Notes: generated by a model from the sequence alone, not told the origin. Shown: positions 19,396-30,677, counted from the first letter of the stretch. The stretch is DNA of 64,000 bases from Actinomycetes bacterium (GCA_024637095.1 JAGXFV010000006.1:34609-98608); one strand, 5' to 3'. Numbers and translations: made by a program.

Positions 19396-20325
19396 CTATA
19401 TGCCACCCGGGCCCCTCTGCGCTCCCGACAACCCACCTTCGTCCAGGCCCCGGTCGAGAACCGCGTTGATTTCTCCCCCAACGAGGACAGAGAAGCTCAT
19501 CAAGTAGAACCAGAGCAGGATGACCAGCATGAAGCTGAACGAGCTGTAGGTCAGCCAGCTGATCTGGAACATGTTCTGCGAGATGAACCAGCCCAGAGTC
19601 CAGGAGAGCAGCGCCATGGCGATGACCGCGAACAGGCTACCCGGGGTGGTCCAGCGCCACTTGCCCCGGTGGACCGGCGCGAAGTGGTAGAGCAGCGCGA
19701 GCCCGATTCCCAGGAGCACGAAGGCCACCGGCCAGCGAAGGATCCGGATGACAAAACTGGGTAGGAAGCCCAGTCCCAGTGCCTTGGTGAATGGCTCGAG
19801 TAGCTGCGGCCCGAAGATTCCGAAAAGGACTCCGCCAACAAGAAAGACCAAGAGCGCTAAGGTCATGGCGAGCCCCATCAACCGCCGCTCCAGATAATTT
19901 CGCTGATCTTGCAAGTCGTAGGCGCGGTTGATGCCCTTGACCACGACGCCAAATCCCCGCGAGGCCCCCCATAGGGTCAGGATTATGCCGATGGAAAGCA
20001 AACCGTTCCGGCGGCTCTCCGCCGGTTGCAGGATCTCCTCTTTGATGATGGTGAAAATGCGGCCGTCGTCGCCTGAGGTCATCTGCTGGATCATGTCGAG
20101 AATCCCCGGGATCACCCGGGTGCCCTGAGGCAGATAAGGCTCCAGCGATTGCAGGAGAATCACGAACGGGAACAGGCTGAACATGCCATAGAAGGCAACC
20201 TCCGCCGAGAGACCCACGACGTCGTCGTCCATCGCCTCCTTGGTGGTCGCGTGGCCGACCTTCCATCCCCGGTTGTCGAACCAGGAGCGGGGGCTCTCTT
20301 CGAGTTTCTCCCGGACGCCACTCAC
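19396..20325 (-). CDS. YihY/BrkB-family integral membrane protein
   Basis: 309 aa, 6 predicted TM helices, YihY family signature blocks (FYGMFSLFP, GEINAV). Confidence 0.7.
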   Translation of the reverse strand: MSGVREKLEESPRSWFDNRGWKVGHATTKEAMDDDVVGLSAEVAFYGMFSLFPFVILLQSLEPYLPQGTRVIPGILDMIQQMTSGDDGRIFTIIKEEILQPAESRRNGLLSIGIILTLWGASRGFGVVVKGINRAYDLQDQRNYLERRLMGLAMTLALLVFLVGGVLFGIFGPQLLEPFTKALGLGFLPSFVIRILRWPVAFVLLGIGLALLYHFAPVHRGKWRWTTPGSLFAVIAMALLSWTLGWFISQNMFQISWLTYSSFSFMLVILLWFYLMSFSVLVGGEINAVLDRGLDEGGLSGAQRGPGGI

Positions 20326-20376
20326 AAAGCAGTCTCCCTCCGCCGCGTCGCGACGCGCCGCGAAGTAGCGCGTCCG

Positions 20377-21651
20377 TCAGCGCCCTAGTTCCCCGTTCCT
20401 CTGCGGCCGCCAAACTCGCACCGGCCTTGCGCCCTCCTCCGGATTCGCCCGCCAGAAGAAGAACGCGGACAGCGCCACGGCGACCGCCGCCACCCCCCAG
20501 ATCATGTTGTAGCCACGGGTCTCGGTGAGGAAAGGAGCGCTGGCATCGATGGCGATCCCGGCGATGACCGGGGATACGATTACCGCCATGGCCCGGGCCA
20601 TGGAAAAGTAGCCGGTGAACTGCCCGTAGCGTCCGCGCGGAACCATGTTGACGAAAATGGCGTACGGCAGGGTGAGCACGGTCGATCCGCCCAATCCGAA
20701 GATCGGCAGCAAAAAGAAACCCAGGCGCAGATCACGCAGGAAGAAGCCGATCACGCAGCCAACGAAGTACACGGCCATCCCGATCCACATTATCCGGGTG
20801 CGCCCGTAGCGGTCTCCCAAGTAGCCGGTGAGGATGGCGGCGGCGACATGTACCACCCCCACCACGCCGAGCAGCAGCGCGCCGGTCCGGGTGTCGGCCC
20901 CCAATGCGTACAGAAAGTAGAGCATGATGAACGGGCGAATGCCGGAGATGGTGGCCTCCCAGAGAAAGTTCGCGACCAGGAAGCGGCGGATGCGGACCCG
21001 ACCCACCAGCGAAGAGGCTATGTCGCGCAGACCGGCGCTGAAGCCGAGCGACACCGGCGCCTCCTCGGGATCGGGCGTGGGCTCCTTGATGGTCGACACC
21101 GTGATGAAGGTGACCACCATGATCAAGCCCGCCGCGCCCAGGAAAGGCAGCGGTTGCCAGAGGTCGAAGAGAATGCCTCCCACGAGCATGCCGAAGAACA
21201 TCCCCCCACCCCGCATGAAGTTCTGAGCGCCCTGAATGCGGCCCTGCTGGTCGAGTGGAGCGACGTCGGGGAGCAGCGATTGATAAGGCGAGGTGTACAG
21301 GTGATAGGCGGCGAAGAACAGGAAGGTGATCACCGCCAGCGGGATGAAGCCTTCCTGAAAAGGCGCCAGAATCAAGGCGGCGGCGATGAACGGCGCGGAG
21401 AAGATCATGAAGGGCTCGCGTCGCCCCCACCGGGTCCAGATGCGATCACTCATGTAGCCGCCCAGAAGAGGGATCGCCAGACCGAAAATGCCCTCGCCTC
21501 CAATGGCAAGCCCGATGAGGGTGGCGGACGAGGTATAGGCGGCAAGCAGCAGCGGCAGGTAGGTGGTGACCACCGAGAGCGCCGTGGAAGAGCCCAGCGT
21601 GGCCGCCGTCAGCTCGAGCATCCCCCGTAGCGTCATGCGCTCCTTCTCCAT
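20377..21651 (-). CDS. MFS transporter
   Basis: 424 aa, ~12 TM helices, GxxxDRxGRR-like loop (DRYGRTRIM). Confidence 0.8.
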   Translation of the reverse strand: MEKERMTLRGMLELTAATLGSSTALSVVTTYLPLLLAAYTSSATLIGLAIGGEGIFGLAIPLLGGYMSDRIWTRWGRREPFMIFSAPFIAAALILAPFQEGFIPLAVITFLFFAAYHLYTSPYQSLLPDVAPLDQQGRIQGAQNFMRGGGMFFGMLVGGILFDLWQPLPFLGAAGLIMVVTFITVSTIKEPTPDPEEAPVSLGFSAGLRDIASSLVGRVRIRRFLVANFLWEATISGIRPFIMLYFLYALGADTRTGALLLGVVGVVHVAAAILTGYLGDRYGRTRIMWIGMAVYFVGCVIGFFLRDLRLGFFLLPIFGLGGSTVLTLPYAIFVNMVPRGRYGQFTGYFSMARAMAVIVSPVIAGIAIDASAPFLTETRGYNMIWGVAAVAVALSAFFFWRANPEEGARPVRVWRPQRNGELGR

Positions 21652-21668
21652 GACGGCCCCCAGAGGAG

Positions 21669-23027
<1,359 letters not shown>

Positions 23028-23046
23028 CGGCCGATTCTAGCAAACC

Positions 23047-23634
23047 CTACCCTTTGGCCCGCTCATACTGCTTGGACACGAAGTCCCAGTTGATCACGCT
23101 GAAGAACGCATCGATGTACTTGGGGCGCGCGTTACGATAGTCGATGTAGTAGGCGTGCTCCCAAACGTCCATCGTGAGCAGCGCCGTCTGCCCGTGGGCC
23201 AACGGCAGGTCGGCGTTCATGGTGTCGGTCACCTTGAGCTTGCCGCCATCCATCACCAGCCATGCCCAACCCGAGCCAAAGCGCCCCGCGCCTGCCTGGC
23301 TAAACTCCTCCTTGAAGTTGGCGAACGAGCCGAACTCGCTCTTGACAGCCTGCGCCAGCTCGCCGGAGGGCTCGCCACCACCGTCGGGAGACATGCAGTT
23401 CCAGTAGAAGGTGTGATTCCAGACCTGAGCGACGTTGTTGAAGAGACCGCCTTTCGCCGACTTGATGATCTCCTCCAGGTCCTTGCCGGCGTTCTCCGTG
23501 CCTTTGATCATCGAGTTGGTCTTCTCGACGTAGGCTTTGTGGTGCTTGTCGTGGTGAAACTCCAGGGTTTCAGCGCTGATGTGCGGCTCCAGGGCGTCCT
23601 TGGCGTAGGGCAGTTCCGGAAGCTCAAAGGCCAT
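23047..23634 (-). CDS. sodA: Fe/Mn superoxide dismutase
   Basis: ATG at 23634 with AGGAGGG RBS. MAFELPELPYAKDALEPHISAETLEFHHDKHH...DVWEHAYY. The N-terminal 170 codons of the track ORF are rejected. Confidence 0.95.
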   Translation of the reverse strand: MAFELPELPYAKDALEPHISAETLEFHHDKHHKAYVEKTNSMIKGTENAGKDLEEIIKSAKGGLFNNVAQVWNHTFYWNCMSPDGGGEPSGELAQAVKSEFGSFANFKEEFSQAGAGRFGSGWAWLVMDGGKLKVTDTMNADLPLAHGQTALLTMDVWEHAYYIDYRNARPKYIDAFFSVINWDFVSKQYERAKG

Positions 23635-23829
23635 CGATTTCCCTCCTCTGGATTGGATGCCTGACCGGGCAATCGCCGAAAGGTCTACCCCCGGTCCTTC
23701 GCCCGCCAAACGGAAGGGTGCGCCCCTCCCCGGCCGATCTCTCCGCGCAGGGCAATTTTGAGATGCCGGTTTTGCGGGGCATTCGAGACAGGAAGAACCA
23801 CCAGAGAGCACCACATCGGAGCACAGGCC

Positions 23830-24354
23830 ATGAATCTGCAAGGCAAGCGCATAGCAATTCTCGCGGAACGGCAGTACGAGGATCTCGAGCTCTGGTATCC
23901 CAAGCTCCGGCTGGAGGAAGCCCGGGCCGAGGTGGTGATCGCCGGAACGGGTGAGCCTGAATATGCCTCGAAACATGGCTACCCTGTGCGGGTCGACGCC
24001 AACGTGGGCGATCTGGATCCCGCCGACTTTGCCGGTGTGGTGGTACCCGGCGGTTGGGCCCCCGACTACCTGCGCCGGCATGAACCGGTCACGGCGTTCG
24101 TCGCCGCGATGGACGCGGCGGGCAAACTGGTAGCCGCCATCTGTCACGGCGGCAGCGTCCTGGTGTCCGCGGGGATTCTACGCGGGCGCCAATTGACGTC
24201 TGTCACGGCGATACGCGACGACCTCATCAATGCCGGAGCCACCTGGATCGATGCCGAAACGGTGGTGGACCGTAACCTCGTTAGCGCCCGCCGCCCTGAC
24301 GATCTACCGGCCTTCCTGCCCGCCATAATCGCGGTTCTCGCCGAGCAGCCGTAG
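23830..24354 (+). CDS. DJ-1/PfpI family protein (class I glutamine amidotransferase-like; protease I)
   Basis: ATG 23830. KRIAILAERQYEDLELWYP, AICHGG nucleophile elbow. Confidence 0.85.
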   Translation: MNLQGKRIAILAERQYEDLELWYPKLRLEEARAEVVIAGTGEPEYASKHGYPVRVDANVGDLDPADFAGVVVPGGWAPDYLRRHEPVTAFVAAMDAAGKLVAAICHGGSVLVSAGILRGRQLTSVTAIRDDLINAGATWIDAETVVDRNLVSARRPDDLPAFLPAIIAVLAEQP

Positions 24355-24360
24355 CGACGC

Positions 24361-24384
24361 GGGCGGGCCGGCTACGGCCCGCCC
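24361..24384. terminator. GC-rich hairpin between convergent DJ-1 gene and small ORF (gggcgggccg-gcta-cggcccgccc)
   Basis: Perfect 10-bp stem, 4-nt loop, immediately after the DJ-1 stop. No U-tract. Overlaps the last codons of ORF 24372..24653. Confidence 0.4.
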
Positions 24385-24653
24385 CAACTCTCCGCCTCGA
24401 GCATGATGCCTTCCACCAGGTTGGCCACCGCCCGGTCGAGGTCCCGATCGTCGACCTCGAGCCCCCTGTCCGCCGCCAGCGTCGCGAGCATCTGGCGAAG
24501 CGCCGCCACCCCGGATCGCCAGACCACCCGATCGAACCGGTAGTGCTCCGGCGTGAGTCCCAGGGTTTCCCGGTAACGGGGATGGTCCTCCAGGAACCAC
24601 CCGGTCAGCCGCATGCTAGACGGCCGAAAATCTTCCGTTGACATCGCGGTCAC
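24372..24653 (-). CDS. Hypothetical small protein (93 aa), downstream of and co-oriented with CPGS-like gene
   Basis: ORF only; no recognisable motif. Its C-terminus is encoded by the terminator stem, so it may not be a real gene. Confidence 0.3.
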   Translation of the reverse strand: MTAMSTEDFRPSSMRLTGWFLEDHPRYRETLGLTPEHYRFDRVVWRSGVAALRQMLATLAADRGLEVDDRDLDRAVANLVEGIMLEAESWGGP

Positions 24654-24683
24654 CTCGCGCCGGCAGTCTCGGGAACCTCTCCG

Positions 24684-26027
24684 CTACCCAACCAGGCCCC
24701 TATCCCGCAGGAAGGCCTCGACCAAAGTGGAGAGACGCGGTTCCTCCATCTCCTGCAACTCGTAGGCCACCTGAACCAGCGACGGGCCAACCTTTATCAG
24801 CTTGGCCAAATCGAAGGGCGTTGCGCTGACCACGACCTCTGCGGGAACCGCGGCGAGCGTGGCCTCCAGGTCGGCGAGTTGCGAGGGGAAGTAGCCCACA
24901 GCGGGCAGGATCGGGCCCAGGTGAGGATACTTCTCGAAGATGGCGGCGACCTCGCCCACGGCGTATGGTCTGGGATCGATCAAACTGCGGGCGCCCTCCT
25001 TGAGCGCCGCCTCCGCGCCGGCACCGGTCTCCATGCCGCCGTGGGTCAAGGTGGGGCCGTCTTCGATCACCAACACATCGCGGCCTTTGATTCTTGCGCC
25101 GTCAGCTTCACCCTCCAAAGTAATATGCGAGCGCGCCTTGACCACGTGCGCCTCGGGATTCACCTCGGCGATGGTCTTTAACACCCGAGTCACGTTCTCC
25201 TCCGGGGCGGAACCAACCTTGTTCACCACGAGGATGTCCGCCCGGCGCAGGTTCACTTCTCCTGGGTGATACTCGTACTCGTGCCCCGGGCGAAACGGAT
25301 CGAGCACCACGATGTCCAGATCGGGGCGGACAAAGGGGAAGTCGTTATTCCCCCCGTCCCAGATGATCAGGTCGGCCTCCGCCTGCGCCTCCTTCACCAC
25401 GGCCTCATAGTCCACCCCTCCGTAGACGACCAACCCGCGGCGCAGATGCGGCTCGTAGTCTTCGCGTTCCTCGATGGTGGCATGGTGTCGCTCGAGATCC
25501 TCGAGTTCGGCGAAACGTTGCACGCGCTGCTCCACCAGGTTGCCGTAGGGCATAGGATGCCGGATGACCACCGGGCGCACGCCCAGGGAGATCAGAAGAT
25601 CCGCGAGAAAGCGAGAGGTCTGGCTTTTGCCCGCCCCGGTCCGGACGGCGGTCACCGCGATGACCGGAACCTTCGCGGGCACCATGGTGGCGTCGGGACC
25701 GAGCAGCTTGAAATCGGCGCCCGCGGCCAGCGCCCGGGAAGCCTGGTGCATCACGTACTCATGAGAAACGTCGCTGTAAGCAAAGACCACTTCGTCCACG
25801 TCTTCGTCCCGCACAGTCCGCTCCAAATGCTCCTCGGGAACGATGGGGATACCGTCCGGATAGCCCTCTCCGGCCAGTTCGGCGGGGTAGCGCCGTTTTT
25901 CAATGCCGGGGATCTGGGCGGCGGTAAAGGCGACCACCCGAGTAGTGGGATCGCCGCGGAAGACGGTGTTGAAATTGTGGAAATCACGCCCCGCCGCCCC
26001 CATGATTATCGTCCGTCGCTCGTCCAC
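24684..26027 (-). CDS. P-loop NTPase, possibly cyclic 2,3-diphosphoglycerate synthetase-like (identity uncertain)
   Basis: 447 aa. N-terminal IIMGAAGRDFHNFN Rossmann-like segment, central Walker A VRTGAGKSQTSRF, Walker B-like LIIWDGG. The family assignment is from memory of annotated homologues only. Confidence 0.35.
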   Translation of the reverse strand: MDERRTIIMGAAGRDFHNFNTVFRGDPTTRVVAFTAAQIPGIEKRRYPAELAGEGYPDGIPIVPEEHLERTVRDEDVDEVVFAYSDVSHEYVMHQASRALAAGADFKLLGPDATMVPAKVPVIAVTAVRTGAGKSQTSRFLADLLISLGVRPVVIRHPMPYGNLVEQRVQRFAELEDLERHHATIEEREDYEPHLRRGLVVYGGVDYEAVVKEAQAEADLIIWDGGNNDFPFVRPDLDIVVLDPFRPGHEYEYHPGEVNLRRADILVVNKVGSAPEENVTRVLKTIAEVNPEAHVVKARSHITLEGEADGARIKGRDVLVIEDGPTLTHGGMETGAGAEAALKEGARSLIDPRPYAVGEVAAIFEKYPHLGPILPAVGYFPSQLADLEATLAAVPAEVVVSATPFDLAKLIKVGPSLVQVAYELQEMEEPRLSTLVEAFLRDRGLVG

Positions 26028-26126
26028 GCGGCACCCCTCCCATTCTTGAGTAAGACTCCTCCCCGGACAGCATCGGACGGGGAAGCCATGACCCTTCTTC
26101 CCTAAAAGACTCCCAGATATGGCGAA

Positions 26127-26151
26127 GGCCCCTTCCTGGAAGGAAAGGGCC
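26127..26151 (-). terminator. Putative terminator hairpin directly after rnpB 3' end
   Basis: Minus-strand RNA GGCCCUUUCC-UUCCA-GGAAGGGGCC (10 bp, one G-U), then UUCGCCAUAUCU...UCUUUU. Confidence 0.4.
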
Positions 26152-26520
26152 TTTCACGACAGCAGCCCTGTAAGCCGGATTCTGTCAGCGGTAGCCATCC
26201 ATCTGGGACGCGTGTCACCACGCATCTCCGTGCGGCCAACCCGGAAGCATCGGACGAGCAGCCCTCGAGCGCTTCTCTATTCGGCCTTGCACCGGGTGGG
26301 GTTTGCCTAGCCGCCGTGTCACCACGGCGCTGGTGCGCTCTTACCGCACCTTTTCACCGTTGCAGTCCCGCCAAGGGCGAAGACTGCTGTGTATTTCTGT
26401 GGCACTTTCCCGCGGGTTTCCCCGGCTGGACGTTATCCAGCACCCTGCTCTGCGGTGTCCGGACTTTCCTCGACGGTCTCCGTCCTGGACGGGCGGCCGC
26501 CGCGACTACCCGGGCTGCAC
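26152..26520 (-). ncRNA. rnpB: RNase P RNA (bacterial type A), not represented in ORF track
   Basis: Minus-strand sequence contains GGAAAGUCCGGAC (P4 5' strand region, + coords ~26455-26470), AGGUGAAAAGGUGCGGUAAGAGCGCACCAGC (P10-P12 region, + coords ~26330-26370) and ACAGAAUCCGGCUUA (P4 3' strand, 26169-26183). P1 pairs GCAGCCC (26512-26518) with GGGCUGC (26161-26167). The ends are approximate. Confidence 0.85.
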
Positions 26521-26545
26521 CGCAGATTATACCGCCAAGCGGTGA
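26519..26545 (-). promoter_or_regulatory. rnpB promoter; perfect -10 TATAAT 7 nt upstream of the inferred mature 5' end
   Basis: Minus-strand reading ...GGCGGTATAATCTGCGGTGCAGCCC; the -10 lies at + coords 26526-26531. The -35 is poor. Confidence 0.5.
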
Positions 26546-26548
26546 ACT

Positions 26549-27595
26549 CTAACTGACCGCCCGGGATTCGTGATCAAGCGGGAAGTAGCAGGCCGCGGAG
26601 TGCCCATGCCCGTGGTTCTCCATTGGGGGCATCTCCTGAGTGCAGATCGGTTGCGCCCGGAAACAGCGGGTGTGGAAGACGCAACCGGTCGGCGGGTGAT
26701 CGGGGCTGGGGACATCGCCCTCGATCACCTTGTGCACGCGCTTCTTCTCCAGCACGGGGTCCGGAATGGGAATAGCCGCGAGCAGGCCGAAAGTGTAGGG
26801 ATGGATGGGGTTTTGGTAGAGCTCCGCGCTCGGCGCGATCTCCACTATCTTCCCCAGGTACATGACCGCCACGCGGTTCGAGATGTGCCTGACCACGGAA
26901 AGGTCATGGGCAATAAAGAGATAGGCCAAGTTGAACTCCTGCTGCAGGCGGTCCAGCAGGTTTAACATCTGCGCCTGGATCGAGACGTCGAGGGCCGACA
27001 CCGGCTCATCACAGATGATCAGCTTGGGATTGAGGGCGAGCGCCCGGGCGAGCCCGATCCGCTGGCGCTGCCCACCCGAGAACTCGTGAGGATACCGGTT
27101 GGTGAAGTTGGGGTTCAGACCGACGATGTCGAGCAGTTCCCGCACCCGCCCTTTGCGATCCCTGCGCCTGCCAATGCTGTGAATCGCCAGGGGCTCGCCC
27201 ACGATGGTACCCACGGTCATCCGCGGATTGAGAGAAGCGTAGGGATCCTGAAAGACGATCTGCATCTCTCGGCGCACGCCCTGGAGTTCCGAACCCTTGA
27301 GTTCGGTCAGCTCCTGGCCCTCGAAGACGACACTGCCCGAGGTGGGCTTGTAGAGCTGTAGGATGCAACGGCCGGTCGTGCTCTTGCCGCAGCCGGATTC
27401 CCCCACCAGCCCCAGGGTCTCGCCCGTGTCCAGCTCGAAGCTGACCCCTTCCACCGCGTGGATGTAGCCAATCGTGCGTTGAAAGATGATTCCCGAGGTG
27501 ATCGGAAAGCGCTTAACCAGGTCCTTTACCCGCAGCAGGGGGCCCTCGTAGATCTTGGCGGGGGTGACTCGAAGTTCTTCGGTAACCGTGGGCAC
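26549..27595 (-). CDS. oppF: Oligopeptide/dipeptide/nickel ABC transporter ATP-binding protein (OppF/DppF-type)
   Basis: 348 aa. GESGCGKST Walker A, LSGGQRQR signature, C-terminal oligopeptide-ABC extension. Confidence 0.85.
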   Translation of the reverse strand: MPTVTEELRVTPAKIYEGPLLRVKDLVKRFPITSGIIFQRTIGYIHAVEGVSFELDTGETLGLVGESGCGKSTTGRCILQLYKPTSGSVVFEGQELTELKGSELQGVRREMQIVFQDPYASLNPRMTVGTIVGEPLAIHSIGRRRDRKGRVRELLDIVGLNPNFTNRYPHEFSGGQRQRIGLARALALNPKLIICDEPVSALDVSIQAQMLNLLDRLQQEFNLAYLFIAHDLSVVRHISNRVAVMYLGKIVEIAPSAELYQNPIHPYTFGLLAAIPIPDPVLEKKRVHKVIEGDVPSPDHPPTGCVFHTRCFRAQPICTQEMPPMENHGHGHSAACYFPLDHESRAVS

Positions 27596-27607
27596 GCTCT
27601 CCCTCTC

Positions 27608-28597
27608 TTATTTCTCTCGCGAATCCCGGTAGTGCCAGCATGCGACCAGGTGACCCGGACCTCCGTTGTACGGCGCCAGCGGAGGCTCCTTGTCCACGCA
27701 GATCTGGGTCGCATAGCGGCAGCGCGGGTGAAAACGGCAACCGGAAGGCGGATTGACCAGGTCGGGCGGCAACCCGGCAATGTTCGCCAGCTCACGGCGG
27801 TGAGTCTCGTCCAACCGGGGAATCGAGCCGAGCAGCGCCTCGGTGTAAGGGTGCTGGGGGTTCCCGAAGAGTTCCTCGGTGTCGGTCTGCTCGACGATCT
27901 TGCCCGCGTACATGACCACGATGTCGTCGCTGACTCCGGCGACGACGCCCAGGTCATGCGTTATCAGGAGCATGGCCATCCCGAACTGGTCCTGAAGCTG
28001 CTCGAGCAAATCGATGATCTGCGCCTGAATCGTGACGTCGAGTGCGGTGGTAGGCTCGTCGGCGATCAGCAACTTGGGGTCGCAGGAAAGGGCCATGGCG
28101 ATCATCACCCTCTGCCGCATGCCGCCCGAGAACTGGTGGGGAAAGTCGTCCAGCCGGTTGCGGGCCGCGGGAATCCCCACGGCGTCCATCAATTCGACCG
28201 CACGCTCCCGGGCTTCCTGCTTGCTCATGCCCAGATGGATTCTCATGCCCTCGGCCAGTTGATAGCCGATACGCAAGACCGGGTTGAGCGAGGTCATCGG
28301 GTCCTGAAAGATCATGGCAATGTCGTTGCCGCGAATGGACTGAAGCTGTCTCTCCGAGGCTTTAGTCAGGTCCTTGCCCTCGAAGAGGATCTCACCTTCG
28401 ACAATCCTGCCCGGAGGCATGGGGATCAATTTCATGATGGTCATGGCGCCAACCGACTTACCACAGCCGCTCTCACCCACAATGCCGAGCGTCTTACCCC
28501 GGTCCACCGTATAGCTGATGCCGTCCACAGCGTGCACGACGCCCTCTCTGGTGAAAAAGTGCGTGCGCAGGTTGTTGATCTCGAGCAGGTGGCTCAA
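27608..28597 (-). CDS. oppD: Oligopeptide/dipeptide/nickel ABC transporter ATP-binding protein (OppD/DppD-type)
   Basis: 329 aa. [25 protein letters not shown]. Confidence 0.85.
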   Translation of the reverse strand: MSHLLEINNLRTHFFTREGVVHAVDGISYTVDRGKTLGIVGESGCGKSVGAMTIMKLIPMPPGRIVEGEILFEGKDLTKASERQLQSIRGNDIAMIFQDPMTSLNPVLRIGYQLAEGMRIHLGMSKQEARERAVELMDAVGIPAARNRLDDFPHQFSGGMRQRVMIAMALSCDPKLLIADEPTTALDVTIQAQIIDLLEQLQDQFGMAMLLITHDLGVVAGVSDDIVVMYAGKIVEQTDTEELFGNPQHPYTEALLGSIPRLDETHRRELANIAGLPPDLVNPPSGCRFHPRCRYATQICVDKEPPLAPYNGGPGHLVACWHYRDSREK

Positions 28598-29589
28598 CGC
28601 GTCTCCCGAGTGCGGGGGTCGATCGCGTCCCGGAAACCGTCGCCCACGAAGTTGAATGCCAGAACCGTGACGGCGATGAAGATCGCGGGCAGGAAGATCA
28701 GCCAGGGGTGCGAGCGAAGGCCCTGATACCCCTCGAGCGCCATGGTGCCCCAGGAGGCATTCGGCGCCGAGATACCCAAACCGAGAAACGACAGGGTGGC
28801 CTCACCGATGATGTTGGCCGGAATCTCGAGGAATAGGGCGATGACGATGATGCCAAGTGTGTTGGGCAGCAGATGGCGGAACATGATGCGTCCCCGAGAA
28901 GCACCGAGGGCACGCCCCGCCTCCACATACTCGTTCTGCTTGAGCGTGAGGATCTGTCCGCGAACCAGGCGCGACGGGGTCAGCCACGATACAACGGCCA
29001 AGGCGAGCAGCATTGGGCCGATGCCACCGCCAAGGATGACCAAGAGGATGATGGCGAATGGCAGATAGGGCAGGCCATAGAGAATATCTACAAAGCGCAT
29101 CATGCCGTCGTCCAGAATGCCGCCGGCGAAACCGGCCACCGAGCCGTAGATCACGCCCACGGCCAGGATGATGCCGCTGGCGGCAACCGCCACGAGCAAC
29201 GAAACCCGGCTGGCCATCGCCATCCGCACGAAGAGGTCGCGCCCAAACATGTCCGTGCCCATCCAATGGTCGGCGTTCGGTAGCTGGTGGGCAACAGAGT
29301 AATTGATTTCGGCGAAGCCGTACGGACGCAGATACGGCCCGACAAGGGCATACGCCAGCAGCAGAAAGAGGAAAACGCTGGCTCCCATCGCGGCCTGGTT
29401 CCGCACGTAACGGCGAAAGACGTCACCCCAAAGGGTGCGCTGCTCGGGATAGAGCAGTTCGCCGGCCTCCGCCCCGCCGGGAGCCGCACCGGTCGCCAAC
29501 TTGGTTTGCTCAGGGAGGTAGCCGGCATCCTCCGGGTAGGATCGATTCCTGGGATCGTCTCCGGTGTACAGTTTTCTGTCGTCGGCCAT
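28594..29589 (-). CDS. oppC: ABC transporter permease (OppC/DppC-type)
   Basis: 331 aa, BPD-transport inner-membrane component; 4-nt overlaps with the flanking genes. Confidence 0.8.
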   Translation of the reverse strand: MADDRKLYTGDDPRNRSYPEDAGYLPEQTKLATGAAPGGAEAGELLYPEQRTLWGDVFRRYVRNQAAMGASVFLFLLLAYALVGPYLRPYGFAEINYSVAHQLPNADHWMGTDMFGRDLFVRMAMASRVSLLVAVAASGIILAVGVIYGSVAGFAGGILDDGMMRFVDILYGLPYLPFAIILLVILGGGIGPMLLALAVVSWLTPSRLVRGQILTLKQNEYVEAGRALGASRGRIMFRHLLPNTLGIIVIALFLEIPANIIGEATLSFLGLGISAPNASWGTMALEGYQGLRSHPWLIFLPAIFIAVTVLAFNFVGDGFRDAIDPRTRETR

Positions 29590-30506
29590 CAGTCGTACCT
29601 GATGCGCGGGTCCAGGAAACCGTACAGAATGTCGACCACCAGATTGGCAAACACGATCACCGCCGAAAGGATCACAGCAAGTCCGAGGACGATCGAGTAG
29701 TCGCGGTTGGTCACACTATCCACGAAATAGCGGCCCATGCCGGGTATCGAGAAGATGTACTCGGTTAGGAAGCTGCCGGTGACCAGGAAGCCGAGCAGCG
29801 GTCCCGCCTGTGTCACCACCGGGATGAGCGAATTGCGCAGAACATGCCGCCACACTACCTTGCCCCACGGAAGCCCCTTGGCCTTGGCGGTCCGGACGTA
29901 GTCCTGCTGCAGCGTCTCGAGCATGGCGCTGCGGGTCAGCCTCGCGAAGTAAGCGGTGAAACCGGTGCCCAGCGCGATGATGGGCAGGACCATGCGCTCT
30001 GTGTCTCCCCAGCCGAAAGCAGGGAACCAGTTCCAGCGCACAGAAAAGAAGTAGATCAAAAGAGGGGCGATGATGATGACTGGGATGGCCCACCCAATAC
30101 TCGCAACGAAGATAGCCACGTAATCGGCCCAGGAATTGTGCCTGAGTGCCGCGATCACCCCCAGAGGCACTCCTATGAACATCGCGAGAGCAAAGCTACC
30201 CAGCCCCAGTTGCATGCTCACCGGGAAAGCGTTGCCGACGATGCTCGTCACCGTACGACCTCGCTGGGTCATGCTAACACCCAAGTCGCCCTGAACCGCG
30301 TGGTAGACGTAGCGGGCGTACTGAGTGTACCAGGGGGCGTCCAGGCCGTACTTCTCGTTGAGATTGTCAACGATCTGTTGGGGGAGCGACACTTCGCGCG
30401 TGAAAGGTCCCCCGGGAATCGCTTTCATCAGCAGGAACGAAAACAGGACGACCGTCAGGAGTACCGGGATAGTCCAGAGAATTCGGCGAATGATGTATTT
30501 GGCCAC
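29589..30506 (-). CDS. oppB: ABC transporter permease (OppB/DppB-type)
   Basis: 305 aa. MAKYIIRRIL... typical DppB N-terminus, EAA-loop region present. Confidence 0.8.
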   Translation of the reverse strand: MAKYIIRRILWTIPVLLTVVLFSFLLMKAIPGGPFTREVSLPQQIVDNLNEKYGLDAPWYTQYARYVYHAVQGDLGVSMTQRGRTVTSIVGNAFPVSMQLGLGSFALAMFIGVPLGVIAALRHNSWADYVAIFVASIGWAIPVIIIAPLLIYFFSVRWNWFPAFGWGDTERMVLPIIALGTGFTAYFARLTRSAMLETLQQDYVRTAKAKGLPWGKVVWRHVLRNSLIPVVTQAGPLLGFLVTGSFLTEYIFSIPGMGRYFVDSVTNRDYSIVLGLAVILSAVIVFANLVVDILYGFLDPRIRYD

Positions 30507-30652
30507 GGTTTCCTTGGTCTATCTTGATTGCAAAAGGCCATCAGGCAAATGCATCGCCGCATTATGTCACAACTCTCGGCGCGCCCGGAGCCATTCGAAG
30601 AGCAGCAATCACGGTCGTAAGAAGACCATCGATGAGAATGAGGGCAAGGGAA

Positions 30653-30677
30653 GGGAGCGCCGCGTTGCGGCGCTCCC
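30653..30677 (-). terminator. Intra-operon hairpin/attenuator between substrate-binding protein gene and permease genes
   Basis: Perfect 11-bp stem gggagcgccgc-gtt-gcggcgctccc, 24 nt downstream of the SBP stop. Followed by a pyrimidine-rich tract on the minus strand and ttttg on the plus strand. Confidence 0.45.

Noticed and set aside
23635-23829. Scanned intergenic spacers (23635-23829, 32756-32992, 44245-44534, 57146-57257) for tRNA genes
   Set aside because: No T-loop (GGTTCGAATCC-like) or cloverleaf-compatible segments were recognised. No tRNA is called.
23635-24147. N-terminal 170 codons of the 366-aa track ORF containing sodA
   Set aside because: SOD begins at the ATG at 23634 with an AGGAGGG RBS. 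The upstream part overlaps the DJ-1 gene on the other strand.
24684-26027. Confident naming of the 447-aa P-loop protein as cyclic 2,3-diphosphoglycerate synthetase
   Set aside because: The N-terminus does not match the archaeal CPGS start as I remember it. Kept as an uncertain P-loop NTPase pending a profile search.
26119-26552. Three small ORFs (63, 80 and 78 aa) in the oppF/CPGS spacer
   Set aside because: The region is fully explained by the minus-strand RNase P RNA gene. The ORFs are fortuitous.
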